Translations under genes and position numbers: made by a program | The notes under the pieces: generated by a model | Told to the model about the DNA's origin: nothing | The model's database searches: none | What the model saw: the letters and a program-made list of their open reading frames with translations, nothing else | Shown here: one piece after another, positions 44,446 through 57,715 of the stretch | How positions within the stretch are numbered: the first letter of the stretch is position 1 | How the letters are laid out: each line of letters starts with the position of its first letter | DNA from: Eledone cirrhosa | Taxonomy: Eukaryota | Direction: 5' to 3' | DNA: 64,000 nucleotides | NCBI GenBank assembly: GCA_964016885.1 | Contig: OZ024750.1 | Span: 8,494,001-8,558,000, forward strand

Positions 44446-46370
44446 CATGGCAATTACAAAACTTCAGTGGTCTAAGCACTTAAGGATCTGTGTAGTCAAG
44501 CGCTACCTCCTTTCAGGAACATCGTATAGGGCTCACTCTGTCCACTTTTCCCAGTTCTGTCACCCCAGAACATTGACCGTCTGGGATCCTTTCCCTGTAT
44601 ATTTTATGTTTAATTCTGCAGTTATCGAGTTCCAGGTTTTTACGAGTAACATTAATCGATTTGATACTGCGAAAGTCGTGAGCACAAATTATATCTACCA
44701 AACAAACCATAAAAACTACTTTATGTACTACAATACACACATGTTATTTGTATCTGTAAATAACATTCAACTATGTTATCACCAACATCAGCAACAAGAT
44801 TTTTGTTTAAAGTTCTTATTCAGAGGAGAATTACCTTCTATGATGTTGTTGTTCTTGTTGTTGTTGCTGTTGCTGCTGCTGCTGATGATGCGTCTTACAT
44901 TCACGTCGGTGAGCATTCAGTTGTTCGATCATCTGAACATTTAACTAGTGAAGTAACGAGTATAGTCGGCTACTTTGCACTAATTCTACTGGGTACCGTG
45001 TGTTATGTTTTTCTTGTTGTTTAGCTGGTCGTACAAAGCTATAACGAAAGACAACCTAGCCGTGCCCTTTCCTCCTCCTCGCTCTTATAGAGGACGTACA
45101 CGTTGGATAATGAAATCATAGATATACTATATTCCAAAAAGAAAAAGTTTTATTAGGAATGCTTTAGATAACTCTCTTATCAATTTCACTCCATTCGACA
45201 GACAACAACACAACCATCGTTTACTCAAGACTTATGTCGACTCAAGTTTATGATAGAAGGTTTGGTGCCATGCAGTGGGATTAAATGCCAATCGACTTCA
45301 CTGCAAATGGTATTTCTTAACCACAAATACATTCCAATATTTATTTTCAGCTCCATATATCATGTCATAACTTCATCTTTCATCATTTTGTATCAATAAA
45401 AACCATCAACTCACTGGGGTCAATCGATTATTTGGACCCATTACAAAACCTGACCTGATCCCCATCTGAAAGCTTTCATACATTTTCGTGTTAGTTCAAT
45501 GACGAAGGTGAATATTATATTTTTATTGCTGGCTGATAGTTATAACCAGCTTTCGTTAAGAAAATCCATTGAATAAAAGCAGCTGGTTGAATAACGTTTT
45601 TAATTAACATTTCTATATTTAGTCATATTGGCTTTTGTATGACGTAGGACTTAAATAACTGTAGTTACTAATACAAAGAAACCTGTAGTTAATACAAAGA
45701 AACCTGGTGACAGAGATTTCAAATGTCCTTTCATGAGTCCTTTCATGAGTCCTTAACAGAAAATGGAGTCTTAGCAGCATTGTCGTGACATACATGGTGC
45801 TCTAGGCATTTAATTTGAACGGATCCCATCCCACACACGATCTGAATACAGACAAGTTCTTCCAGAGAGAGAGAGGATTCAGGAGGAAGAGAAAGAGAAT
45901 TGATCTCGGTAGTGGACTGGTGTTTTATTTATCGACCCGAGATAATAACAGGCTTCCATACAGTTTCCGTCTACCAAATGTAACTATTTACAACGCTCGG
46001 GGTCCACTCATGGTTATAAGAGAAGGCACACCCTGGAGGCGAATTAAGTACTTTACGACTACGAAGTGAACAATTTATGTACTCAGCCATGCTTTGTCTT
46101 TTTTTTTTTAGACATAGTGTATCTAAGACTACATTATCCAAAATGTCCTTCCTCTTTTAAAATTGTAGGATGGGATTTGAGGAAGGTTTGGTTGATATGT
46201 CTAGCAATTTGAGCGACTACATAGTCGTATCCGATATCTCGTATATTCAATTTCTTTCTGTGAACGTGACAATCTTTTCTCTATGATTTCCTGCACTTAG
46301 TTTATTATTTCCATATTTTAAGTTCGAAACCTATCTCTATTGACCATGCCTCTTACCCCACTGCGAACCG

Positions 46371-46413
<43 letters not shown>

Positions 46414-46836
46414 GTAATATTGTGAATTCAATTTAAATGTGTATATCATACAGCTAAAAGAGAAAAAACTAACCTAGTAAAACAGAATCAATATCTCGAT
46501 GCTGTTGTCAAATGACTGTTATTTAAATACGTTTCCAGTTGTTCTCGCTAACATCTGCATATTGTTGACCTAATCCTCATTAAATCTTCATCAAATAACC
46601 CAATAAGAAATGTCAGTAAAGAAAGGTCAAGCCTGGAAACAAAGAATAGGAATGTTACAAAATGCAATGAGATAAGAATGTATAAAAGAAATCAATACAC
46701 TTCAACTGCTCATTGACCTTAGATATTGTAAATACAGAATAGTTGAGTGAGAGATGTTTTCCACCTCCAGTTTCTGGAATAAGGAGTTCAAATTTGCTGT
46801 GGGTGTATTTTCACACTCTACCAATAATGTTGACTT

Positions 46837-46885
<49 letters not shown>

Positions 46886-48147
46886 TTCAAAATATTAACG
46901 AAATAGATATTCTTGTGATCAAGTATATTTTATTATACATATTTCAGAGGTACTGAGTTAACTTCGACAGTACGTCCTCATCAGATAAAATAAGATGATG
47001 CATGACATACCCTGACATAGTAGATAGTTAAGATTGAGTCATGGTAGTGAGTAATATGACAAAACTCAATATTTATATACCTTAATATTGAAACATGAAA
47101 AAAACCTACATATAATAGAGAGGGTGCGTGTGAGAAAGCTTAAAAAATATATAGCAGCAATATAACTGTTAGAGATTCAAATAATTCTGATTTATTCATT
47201 GAACCTTGTTTAACCTTTAAATATATATATATAGTAAATACAATAGTTGAGGGAAAAATATATTTGATTTCAGGTGTCAGGATTTCAAATTTACTGTTGG
47301 TGCATTTTCACACTGCACTCATAATCTTGGATTGTTTATATATATTGTAAATACAAGTTGTTAGAACGTTGAATAGAGAATACTTTGTGGTATTTCTTCC
47401 AGCACTCTGAGTTCAGATCCTACCGAGGTCAACTTTGCTGTACTCAGGCATGGAGAGGGATGGGCTCTGACAGGCTTAAAATACCTAAGAAACGCTCCGA
47501 CGACTCAGGAGTTGCTGGATTATACTGTACCACATTATATACATATCGCAAGAAGGAAAGGCAAAGTATACTTCGACGGGATTTGAACTTGAAATGTAAA
47601 AAGCTGGAAAAAATACCGCGAGGCATTTTATCACACAGGCTGTAAAGATTCTGAAATATCTTTGGAAAACAAAAGCAGGTTCTGCTGTCTAGGAGAAATA
47701 AAAGTGAGAACGTAGCTTAAGTTAGTGATAGCATAAAACCTAGAGTTTGATAAAAATCTAAGATTTGATAGTTTTAACGGCTGTTGGAAAATAGTCAGAC
47801 ACTAAAACGTCAGTGAAAGATAAGTATCGATATTCTTAAATTCTGTTAGTGGTATCAGTGATTGGAATTGAGCCAGACTGGGGCACACACCTTCAAGGGT
47901 TTAGTCGATCATATCGACCCCCCACAGTTTATTTCTTTTTTGGTATATTTGTTAACGATCGCTGTTTGTTGAGCCAGTAAAGTATAGGACATAAAGGAAC
48001 ACAACATTGGATTTTAGTACAGTGTAAAACGCACACACACAGATGGTGATGTGAATAGACCTGCTTTTTCTTTAAAAATTGTTTTTCTTCTTTTCTTCGT
48101 TTCTAACATTTTCCGTCTACTTAGTCTTTCTATTTCTTAGTCATTCT

Positions 48148-48220
48148 ATTTTCTGATGAAGAATTAGCGTCCAAAACGTTAAGACTCTGTTCCTATTATA
48201 TCAAGCGTAAAACTAATAAT
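48148..48220 (+). mobile_element. Decayed Penelope-like terminal repeat with degenerate hammerhead
   Basis: TTCTGATGAAGAATTAGCGTCCAAAACGTTAAGAC...AAACTAATA; core GAAA changed to AAAA. Confidence 0.5.
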
Positions 48221-48271
48221 ATATTTCTTCATTGTGCTGTGTCGTTTGCTTTGTTATTTCTGTTTGCCTTT

Positions 48272-48326
<55 letters not shown>

Positions 48327-48472
48327 ATACTTGGGGAGGGTCATATTTGTGTAATATTGCCAGAATCAATAACAGAACACACTCACTGTTTGGTTGGTTT
48401 TCGCTATATTATAAAGAATCAGGACTTGACGGCTGAGCTCTTCCCATTTAAACCCCTAGTTCCAGACATATA

Positions 48473-48503
<31 letters not shown>

Positions 48504-49771
48504 TATATCAAATTCCACTCAACCAGGAGGTACAGTAGGAGGCAGTTCTCCAAGGTAATATGGGATAAGATATAAATAGGTAACACGTGATTGCATAGCA
48601 CACGTCTTACAAAGTTGTTGATTGCTCTTTTTTCATTTACACACACAAACAAAATATAATAATATACATACATATATGATTTACAATGCATCTATTCAAC
48701 GTATATATATATATATAGAATATTTGTGAGTAAAATGTCTGCTGATTCAATTTAGGATATTATCCATTGTGATAATGAAAACAAGACAGTGGAATAAGAA
48801 AATTCCACGTATGTAATGTGATTCACAGGATAAACAATGAAAGATAATGCAAGTTAAAAGTGAGTGTCTTTCCAGAAATACGAACAACTGTAATTATATT
48901 ATAGTTTTATCAATTAAGATTTTATTTTTAATTAAGATTTTAGTAATTGATTTTTTTTTTTGTTATTAATTTACTTTCGTCAAATAAATTAATGCTGTTC
49001 TTAAGTGTAATAAACAGTAAGATTGTGACAAACAAAATACATACATTATTTAAATAGAAAGGAAGCGAAAAAAAGATATTCATCGATAAAATTTTCCATT
49101 TTCAAAGAACATATAAGAATAACTTAAAAGGGAAAATCGTTAAAGCACCAAAGATGAAAATTTCGATTTAAGATTTTTTTATATATATATTTTATTTAAG
49201 TATTTTTTTTGTTTTTGTTGTCAATTTGAAATTTTGGAAATTTACAATAAATATTCGAAACAAGCATTCGAAAGAAAGTTGTTTTTGTAATGAATATTTG
49301 AACTTGAATTGAAATTAAATAGAACTAATTGATTTTAGTTTTAAATTTTAATTTATTTTTCAAACATCAAAACAAAATATCTTTAGAGTTTTAAATTTTA
49401 AAAGTTTTGTGATATTTCAGTTTAATTATTCTTTTTTATTTGTTTCATCCGATTAACAAAAACATCATAAAATATTATTTCTAACTATTCCAAAAACACT
49501 TAAAAAATTTCACTTGTCATTTGTTGTCACAATTTTCGTTGCACTTTTAGCGACCTAGTCACTGACATAATTACATTTAACGGAGGGGGGGGGGGGGGTC
49601 ATGTTTTCAGAAATATGAGAAATATTTTCATTATCAGTGACCAGGTCATATACATCAAAATTTCCATCTCAATCTGATTTTTAAAGACGTCACAATTCTA
49701 TAAAAATTATTACTTAAAATACAAAACCTAAAACATGAATAATGAAATATTGTAAAAATTATAAGACATTA

Positions 49772-49777
49772 ACTTAC
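49772..49777 (-). other. 5' splice donor (GTAAGT) after TM6 of the GPCR
   Basis: Minus strand reads CCATTAG|GTAAGTT, a consensus donor; GPCR similarity stops exactly here (phase 1 within a Gly codon). Confidence 0.9.
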
Positions 49778-50801
49778 CTAATGGTAGAACGAAGAAGAAT
49801 GGGAACCAGCACAAAATGAATACTCCAACAACAATTCCAAGAGTTTTGGCAGCTTTTCGTTCCCGCCGGAATTTAGCTGCCCTGCCAGTGAGAGTCTGTC
49901 GAGAGAATACTTTTTTACCAGAGCCATCAGAATTATCACTGGCACTGCTATTTTGGTAAACAGAATCAGAATTTTCACATTTTGCTGAAAATGTTCCTGA
50001 AGTTGATGCTGTAGCCGCTTCAATAGCGCTGTGACCAGTGTGAACTCTTAGAGTGACACCTTCCGCATTTTCATTTATTTTGGCTGTTTTGATTCCAGTT
50101 GATAAAAAGCGGTATTGTTTTTCTGCCTCCTTATAAATCCGGAAGTATACAATGATGATGATAAGTAAAGGAATGTAAAATGATCCAGAAACAGAGAATA
50201 TGACGTAGCCTAGTTGTTTGGTGACTGTGCATACAAAAGGATTCGGATCTGGAGGATCTTTCCAACCAATGAGAGGCGCCACTGATATGATAACAGATAA
50301 AACCCAAACTGCTATTATAATATAAACTGCTCTTTTTTCTGTCATAATTGAGGAGTGTTGCAGCGGCTTTGTTACACCTATATACCTGTCAATGCTGATA
50401 ACACACAGGCTTAGGATCGATGCTGTACAACATAGGACATCAGTTGCAGCCCAGATGTTACAGAAAGTCTGTCCAAAGGCCCAGTAGTCAATGATCTCAA
50501 TGCTGGCAGAGAATGGTAAAACAAGAGTTCCCAGTAGAACATCTGCAATGGCTAAATTAACAATGAAATAATTAGTGGTACTTCGAAGATGAGAATTGAC
50601 GAAAACTGCCATTAACACCAAAACATTGCCAAAAATAGTCACAAGACATATTGAACCAAGAAGAGCCCCTTTCATAACAGCGGAGGTAATTCCAATAGGT
50701 TCACTATTGGTTGTGTTGTTCCAAAGGTTACAATTGAAGCAGGCACTGGTGAAATTAATAAAATCTAAACCATCTTCATAATACTCGTAATCAAGCTCCA
50801 T
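49778..50801 (-). CDS. ADRA1: Alpha-1 adrenergic receptor-like class A GPCR, first coding exon (N-terminus to end of TM6); partial CDS
   Basis: ATG at 50801 (MELDYEYY...). N-glycosylation sequons NFT/NNT/NTT; TM1 GNVLV; TM2 NLAIADVL; TM3 AATDVLCCTASILSLCVISIDRYIGV (amine-binding Asp3.32, DRY); TM5 FSVSGSFYIPL (Ser5.42/5.46); ICL3 TLRVH; TM6 RERKAAKTLGIVVGVFILCWFPFFFVLPLG. These closely match vertebrate ADRA1B/D motifs from memory. Exon ends TTA G|GTAAGT at 49778. Confidence 0.93.
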
Positions 50802-50837
50802 GTGTACTCCGATAAAACAAATATCTCCGCATGTTAC

Positions 50838-50860
50838 CTGGATATAGAACAAAATTAAAT
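50838..50860 (-). other. Probable 3' splice acceptor upstream of the GPCR start codon (36 nt of 5'UTR in the exon)
   Basis: Minus strand reads ATTTAATTTTGTTCTATATCCAG|GTAACATG; pyrimidine-rich tract plus CAG; upstream in-frame translation is low-complexity. Confidence 0.6.
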
Positions 50861-50934
50861 GAATGATAACGGACTTAATTTCAGTAATTTCTTTATGTAA
50901 ACACACACACATACAAAGAAACCCCCACACACCT

Positions 50935-51090
50935 TTCTCTTTATATATATATATAAACATTCGCAAATATCTATCTAGCTCGTATCACTCCGTTTCCCCC
51001 TCTCTCTCTTTATATATATATATATATATATAAACATTCACAAATATCTATCTAGCTCGTATCACTCCGTTTCCCCGTCTCTCTCTTTAT
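50935..51090. repeat. ~75-bp direct duplication just upstream of the GPCR exon
   Basis: (TA)n AACATTC.CAAATATCTATCTAGCTCGTATCACTCCGTTTCCCC.TCTCTCTCTTTA twice. Confidence 0.9.
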
Positions 51091-51131
51091 GTATATATAT
51101 ATATATATTTACATATGTATATGTATGTTAG

Positions 51132-51190
<59 letters not shown>

Positions 51191-51799
51191 TGCGGGTAAT
51201 TACAATGGAATAATTACACTGTTATATATGCATGAGCAGAGATGTTAAAATGATATTTATACTATATAGAAAAGTAACAAGCAGAACGACAACAACTATA
51301 ATAATGACACACTAGCCGCCGCCACCACCACCACCACCATCTACAACAATACTGACATCCACCACAACTATCAACAGTATTAACATCACCAACAATAAAT
51401 ATTGATTCTACTAGTAGTGAATTGAACAAGTTGTAGTAGAAATGACAATAAAATTTGTTTCCCCCTACAGAGTCTTTTAAAATATTACTTTACAACACAG
51501 CATCACCATTCTAGATGTTTATTATTGTTCATTTTACATTAAAATATTTCATCAAAAAGTGGAGCTATGTCCTACTGCTTTTACTACAAAGACTCCCATA
51601 TATTCCGTATGTGTGTGTTGCCTTCTTACATATGTGTATGTGTGTGTGTGTGTATATATATATATGTATATATATAATGTGTGTGTGTGTCTGTATTTAT
51701 TTATTTATTAATATACGTGTGTGTGTGTATATATATATATGTATATGTATATATATAATGTGTGTGTGTGTCTGTATTTATTTATTTATTTATTAATAT

Positions 51800-51838
<39 letters not shown>

Positions 51839-52397
51839 CTAGCATATCATATTACCCGTCAAAATTAACGAAGTTTATAGTAAGAAAAGACAATTCCTTG
51901 ATTACAACCTTGAACTGCAATACATGAAACAAACTATCTAGGGATTGATTTCTTTGTGGTTATAACATTGACCTTTTTAAGAGAAGGATCAATAAGTATC
52001 GCTTCATGTCAAAATGTCATCCAAGCTGTCATTTTGCGCTTATAGCCACCACTCTTCCATTTCCCTCCATCGTCCCTTTCTTCACACTCATCCTGTCATG
52101 TAACCCATAATCTTGAGTTGCTTTAAAACATTCTATGTAAAGATGCTTCAATCCTCCATTATCCTTGACCATCTCGCTCTTATCACTCCGGCCATTGCTG
52201 CAATTAAATTTACATTAATTTAAATCAATTAAGTTAACTTTTCTTTCCTATTTTCTTTAAATATTCTCAAACAGATATCCACTCAATTATGATGACTTCC
52301 TTCTAACTGTGCCCATGTCATCTGTCTATATACCTACCTACATCTCTCTCTCTCTATCTCGCACACACATATTTTCATAATTACACTTCATTATTTA

Positions 52398-52586
52398 GGG
52401 TGGTGGATTGGCAGTATCGGTAGAGGGTCGGACGTTATGCTTTGTAGCAAAGAGTTTCGGCCCTTTATGGTCTTAGTTCAAATCCCGCCGAGGTTAACTT
52501 AGATTTTCATCCTTACGGGGGTCGATAAAATAAAGTACCAGTAATACACTGAGTTGATTGCTGGCATTGTGCCAAAAGTAGAAACA
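52398..52586 (+). mobile_element. SINE family A, full length
   Basis: GGGTGGTGGATTGGCAGTATCGGTAGAGGG...AGTTCAAATCCCGCCGAGG...GTAGAAAC; candidate TSD ATTATTTA at 52390-52397 and 52587-52594. Confidence 0.9.
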
Positions 52587-53560
52587 ATTATTTATTGTAA
52601 TTTTTAAAGATTTCTCTAAAAAAAACCGTATTCAAGAAGTCTCCGTGTCTATCCTCTGTAATTTGATAAAAATTTGGCTGTTGTTTTTAGGAGGTCGAGC
52701 AGCATAAACATCTCTCTTGTCTGTCAGTCGTTGTTATTATGCTGTTTAGCCCCAGGGGATGAACGATTATAGGAAACAATTTATAAGCCAGTAAAATGTT
52801 TAAATGAAGTGTATACTTATCATAAAACGTCGCAGGTGTCGAGAAACTGATACAACTACGAGAAGAGTTCTTCTGTTGGTTTTTTCACGCTTGTTTTACG
52901 ATTTCCGTTTGCACAAAGTGGTTGTCACTGACAGTCAAGTTTTATCATAATACATACACACGTACGTACGTGTTTGTGTGTGTGTGTAAGTTTGATACGA
53001 CGAAGTTTCACTTTAAAATGTTTTTAATGAATATCTAACGTTACGTGCGTTTCGAGGTGAGGTCAATATCGATGTAATAGACTTGACTCAAGTATCGATC
53101 TCTTTATCAGACATGGTGATGAACAGATCGATATAAAACATGAGCCAACCATCTGTGAAACGTACGTAACGGACGATATTCATTGAAAACATTTTATAGT
53201 AAAACATGGTTAATCACAAAGTGCTTATATTAGTGTCACATCCAGTAATCAACAATTAGTAAATATCCTAATATATTACACACACATAGTTTAAAATACT
53301 GTGAAGTTACGTTCGTCCAATTTATTGTACTTTCCCATATAGATTCTACCTCGAATATACGTGTTAATTTTTTTATTGTACAACCAAAATGAGCTTTAAA
53401 TCTCCTTGTCATATAATAAGTTGATTTCTCAACTTATATATATGTATACATATATATATACTCTTTTACCCTTTTACCTGTTTCAGCCATCCGGCTGAGG
53501 CCATCCGGCTGAGGCCATCCTCTCTCTCTCTCTCTCACATATATACATACATACATACAT

Positions 53561-53949
53561 GGTGGTGACTGCCAACTCGTTTTCGAGTACGGCCACTACT
53601 TTATATCCATGTAGGAGAACCCTCACCGATGCGTTGAACGAGTCTGACATTTTAGTCCAGCCAGTGACTTGAAAACTCTGGTACAAACACTACACTTGTG
53701 ACAATTATTGACACATAGTGCTGGGCCCATGGTACCATGTAACAAGTGCAGAGAGATCTCCAGATACAAAGCAATACCTGTGCCGTGAAGCTTTTATAGT
53801 GAGCAAAGGCACTGCACAAAGCCAGTCCCACTCTCTTAACCAAGATGATATTTACCAAAAAGAACAAGTCAACATCATTGGATACCATCAGGGTTGCAGG
53901 TGTTATATCAGAGTTTTCCTTCTCCTAGAATTCTGCCGGGAGAGATGAC
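53561..53949 (+). mobile_element. Dispersed repeat copy 2, embedded in (CATA)n
   Basis: GGTGGTGACTGCCAACTCGTTTTCGAGTACGGCCACT...GATGATATTTACCAAA shared with 23608; flanked on both sides by CATACATACAT. Confidence 0.75.
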
Positions 53950-53969
53950 ATACATACATACATACATAC

Positions 53970-54013
<44 letters not shown>

Positions 54014-54729
54014 AATGAAGTCGGCTCCATAACCTCTGTGTTATTCTGAGCCAGTCTCCTGCGCCACGCGTGTAACAGGTCGATACACAATAAACTAAAT
54101 ACATGTAAACGAAACACGTTTTTCTTCCCTCTCTTTCTCTCTTTCCCTCTCTTTCTCTCTCTCTCTCTCTCTCTCACTCTTTCTCTCTCTTTCTCACTCT
54201 TTCTCTCTCTCTCTCTTTCTCACTCTTTCTCTCTCTCTTTCTCACTCTTTCTCTCTCTCTTTCTCACTCTTTCTCTCTCTCTCTTTCTCTCTCTCACATA
54301 CTTATTTAAACATACATACCTTACTCCATCTAATCACGAAGCTAAAAATAGCTGCCGAGCTACTCTCAAATCAAACCATACGCTCTTAACATGAAAGATA
54401 CATTGCGTATTGTTGTCTTGGATATAAAAGAAAAATACTTTACAAGCACAACAGAAATGTCATTGATCTTCTGATTGTTTAATGAGTGATTACCTTGGGC
54501 TAAACAACGACTGCAGCAGCAGAAACAACAACATTAATAGCAACAAAAAACATCAATAGCAGTAGCAGTCACTAAAAAAAAAATGGACTGCAGCAACAGA
54601 AACAGTAACCACAATAACAACAACTGCAGCTGCAATCACAAAAATAACAACAGTAGAAATGACATTAACAAAACCAACTGAGAGAAGACACAACAAGCCT
54701 ATTGACCAGAAGCTTCTAGTGACATCATG

Positions 54730-54887
54730 TTGGGTTGACTTTCTTCTGGTGTGGTGTAGGAGGCTTGTGTGTGTGGAAATAAAGTTATGTCACAACCCCT
54801 CACCACCATAATCTTGGTTGACTGTCTTCTGGTGTGATGTGGGTGGTTTCTGTGTGGACTAAAGTTATGTCACAACGCCACACCACA
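54730..54887. repeat. Diverged ~85-bp tandem duplication
   Basis: GGTTGACT.TCTTCTGGTGTG.TGT...TAAAGTTATGTCACAAC.C..CACCACCA twice. Confidence 0.8.
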
Positions 54888-56619
54888 CCACACCATCATA
54901 CTATAATATACTCTTTCTTTTGTTTTAGTTGCAATCTGATCTATTCAGATGCAGACTATTATTAGCATACAATCTGCAATGATGCTTCATGTGGTAATTA
55001 AAATTTTGCTATACGAATGATATTAATTTAAAACAAAATACACACAGTCTAAAACACGTATAGAATTACAATGAAAATCTCTTCCTAGATTGATTACAGT
55101 TCAACAACTTATATATATATAGTCATATATAAAACTTTATAGGAATCTTTCAGAAGAATATATTTTTTTAAAAGTCTGCAAAAGAAGAACCCCTCTCCCA
55201 CTTACACACACGCACGCACGCACACACATGCACAGACTCTTATGAACAGCCGGTTGTCTTAAGAAACATTAGGCACAATTGAATCCGGCCCCGTGTGTCT
55301 ATAGATGAATTCAAACAGTTTCATGTAAATATGCCTAACAGGAATGTCCGATAATTGAAATTATTGTTAATGAGTTTAAGATTTGGTTACAGCCGATTTG
55401 TGGAAGTAACCACATGTGCCACATGTAGGTAATTTAGTTTAGATTCCAATCTTGCTTATATGAACTCAGGGTAACAGGAGACGTTTAAATTACGTATTCT
55501 TAATTCATCAGGGTTTGTTGTTAAACCACGGTTGTCTCTATAGAAACGATTGGAAATATATTTCAACTAGTTCCGGCTGTTTATACAAGCTTCTCAGAAA
55601 TATTTAGTTCCTTAATTTCACAGGGAAGCACATTTTAAAAATCTGGTGGAGCCCATCTCCTCTCTCGGTCTTCATATATAAAAATCCATATTAAAGTAGA
55701 ATAAAATAAATAAATGATATTCATATATTATTCAATTTTCAGTTCCAGCTGATAGTTTGTAAATCAAACTTCTGTCATTAACTGAAATAAAATAAGTTAA
55801 AATAAAATCGAATGTCATAAAAAAATATCTTCTTTAGAATTCTCAAATGTTAATGGTTTCACTAATTATCTATATAATTAATACAGTATCTTGAAATTAA
55901 AGATCAAATACTTAGAATGAAGCTTCATTATTCCTATAATTCTGCATATATTAAAAAAAGTCCCTCATGAATATATTACAAAAAAGAAAAAAAATCGTAT
56001 GATTTCAATTGAACGTTCCAGTCCATTGCTCTGGAATTCGTTAAATTCTAGAATCATTATATCAAATCAATTCGTAATTCCTTTTGAAGTTATCCAAGGA
56101 AGCATTCCTCTCTCCGCCCAAATTGATGTCATATTCACGGAAGCGAGACCCCGTTAATATTTGTGTTGTTATTCATACATTTACATTTCAGCCATCTATT
56201 AGAAATGGTTTATTTCTTTTCTGAAGCCGACGTTATGTAACCGTTCAAGAGGAACTTTCAATCAATATTACTGGCCTTGAAAGCAACGTGAAGGCCATGG
56301 GAAGAGAACTTTTATGCAGTCCGAACTAGCAGTAATATAATAAAAACAAAAATCAAAGCAAACAGATCTTCAAACAGATACAGAAATATGATTATTGGCA
56401 AAGTCTAAATTATTAATGTAATTGAAATGATGAATCCAACGCGCGTAATATTAAGTTATATATATATATAATGTTTTAATATAGATGAGATTCTACAGGA
56501 CTAGAACTGTTTCATTCTTTAGAAATCATCAGGAATCCTATATTAAAACTTTTATACTCTGCTATGTATTGAGTACCTTACTTACTGTGGTTACCTCCGA
56601 TTCAACCCGGAATAACTTA

Positions 56620-56654
<35 letters not shown>

Positions 56655-56760
56655 CTTAATATTACTATAACTTAATATTATGCTCTATGGTTTTTATATA
56701 TATCTATATATAATCCTTATCGAGCCCTCTTCGGATTTTAGTCTTCACATTTTTTATTAT

Positions 56761-56799
<39 letters not shown>

Positions 56800-56834
56800 C
56801 AGATTCAGGACTCCAACTGCTGAGCACCGGCCCA

Positions 56835-56881
<47 letters not shown>

Positions 56882-57349
56882 AATAATGATGGCTGCGCGT
56901 TGCAAATGGTGGTGCATATGAAAAAGTAAGTCCTTCATCAGTGACCCTCCAACCGTCCCAGGCATTTCATCGCTTTAAGGGCCACTATATATGTGTGTGT
57001 GTGTGTGTGTGTCTAAGGCTTCCGTCGATCAGTATTCAAAATGTGTATGCGCCTGAAGGCTTAGGAAATTCTGTTTTTTATGGAAGCTGAGTATTTTCCA
57101 ATGCAGCAGGTTTCCCCTCTCTACACCAAGTGTGCGTCCCAAGGTAACAATGTCGGTGTAGGCGAACTCAGATTGTAATCGGCTGGGACAAATAGCACGA
57201 GAAATGTTGTAGGATACTCAAATGGCTTTAACAATGCACATTTCTTCCATACCATGTGACCATATATTTATAGTGTATATATATGTATATGACACCCATG
57301 TATCATATATCATGTGGTACAATACTTCTTCATTACACACACACACACA

Positions 57350-57715
57350 CTGTATATGTGTATATTTGTATGCATATATATATATATATGCACACACTAT
57401 ACATGTGTATATTTGTATGCATATATATATATATATGCACACACTATACATGTGTATATTTGTATGCATATATATATATATATATGCACACACTATACAT
57501 GTGTATATTTGTATGCATATATATATATATATGCACACACTATACATGTGTATATTTGTATGCATATATATATATATATATGCGCACACTATACATGTGT
57601 ATATTTGTATGCATATATATATATATATATGCACACACTATACATGTGTATATTTGTATGCATATATATATATATATACGCACACACTATACATGTGTAT
57701 ATTTGTATGCATATA
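57350..57715. repeat. ~48-bp minisatellite with variable (AT)n
   Basis: Unit ATGCACACACTATACATGTGTATATTTGTATGC(AT)n, about 7 copies. Confidence 0.9.

Noticed and set aside
49728-49777. C-terminal KLMSYNFYNISLFMF of the GPCR ORF
   Set aside because: Read-through into the intron beyond a consensus GT donor.
50802-50966. N-terminal extension of the 412-aa GPCR ORF
   Set aside because: Low-complexity sequence crossing a likely splice acceptor; ATG at 50801 gives a typical glycosylated N-terminus.
52398-52490. tRNA gene
   Set aside because: A/B boxes belong to the SINE head; no cloverleaf; continues into SINE core and tail.
55480-55515. Further CTGATGA hammerhead candidate (minus strand)
   Set aside because: No GAAA core segment or closing stem I.
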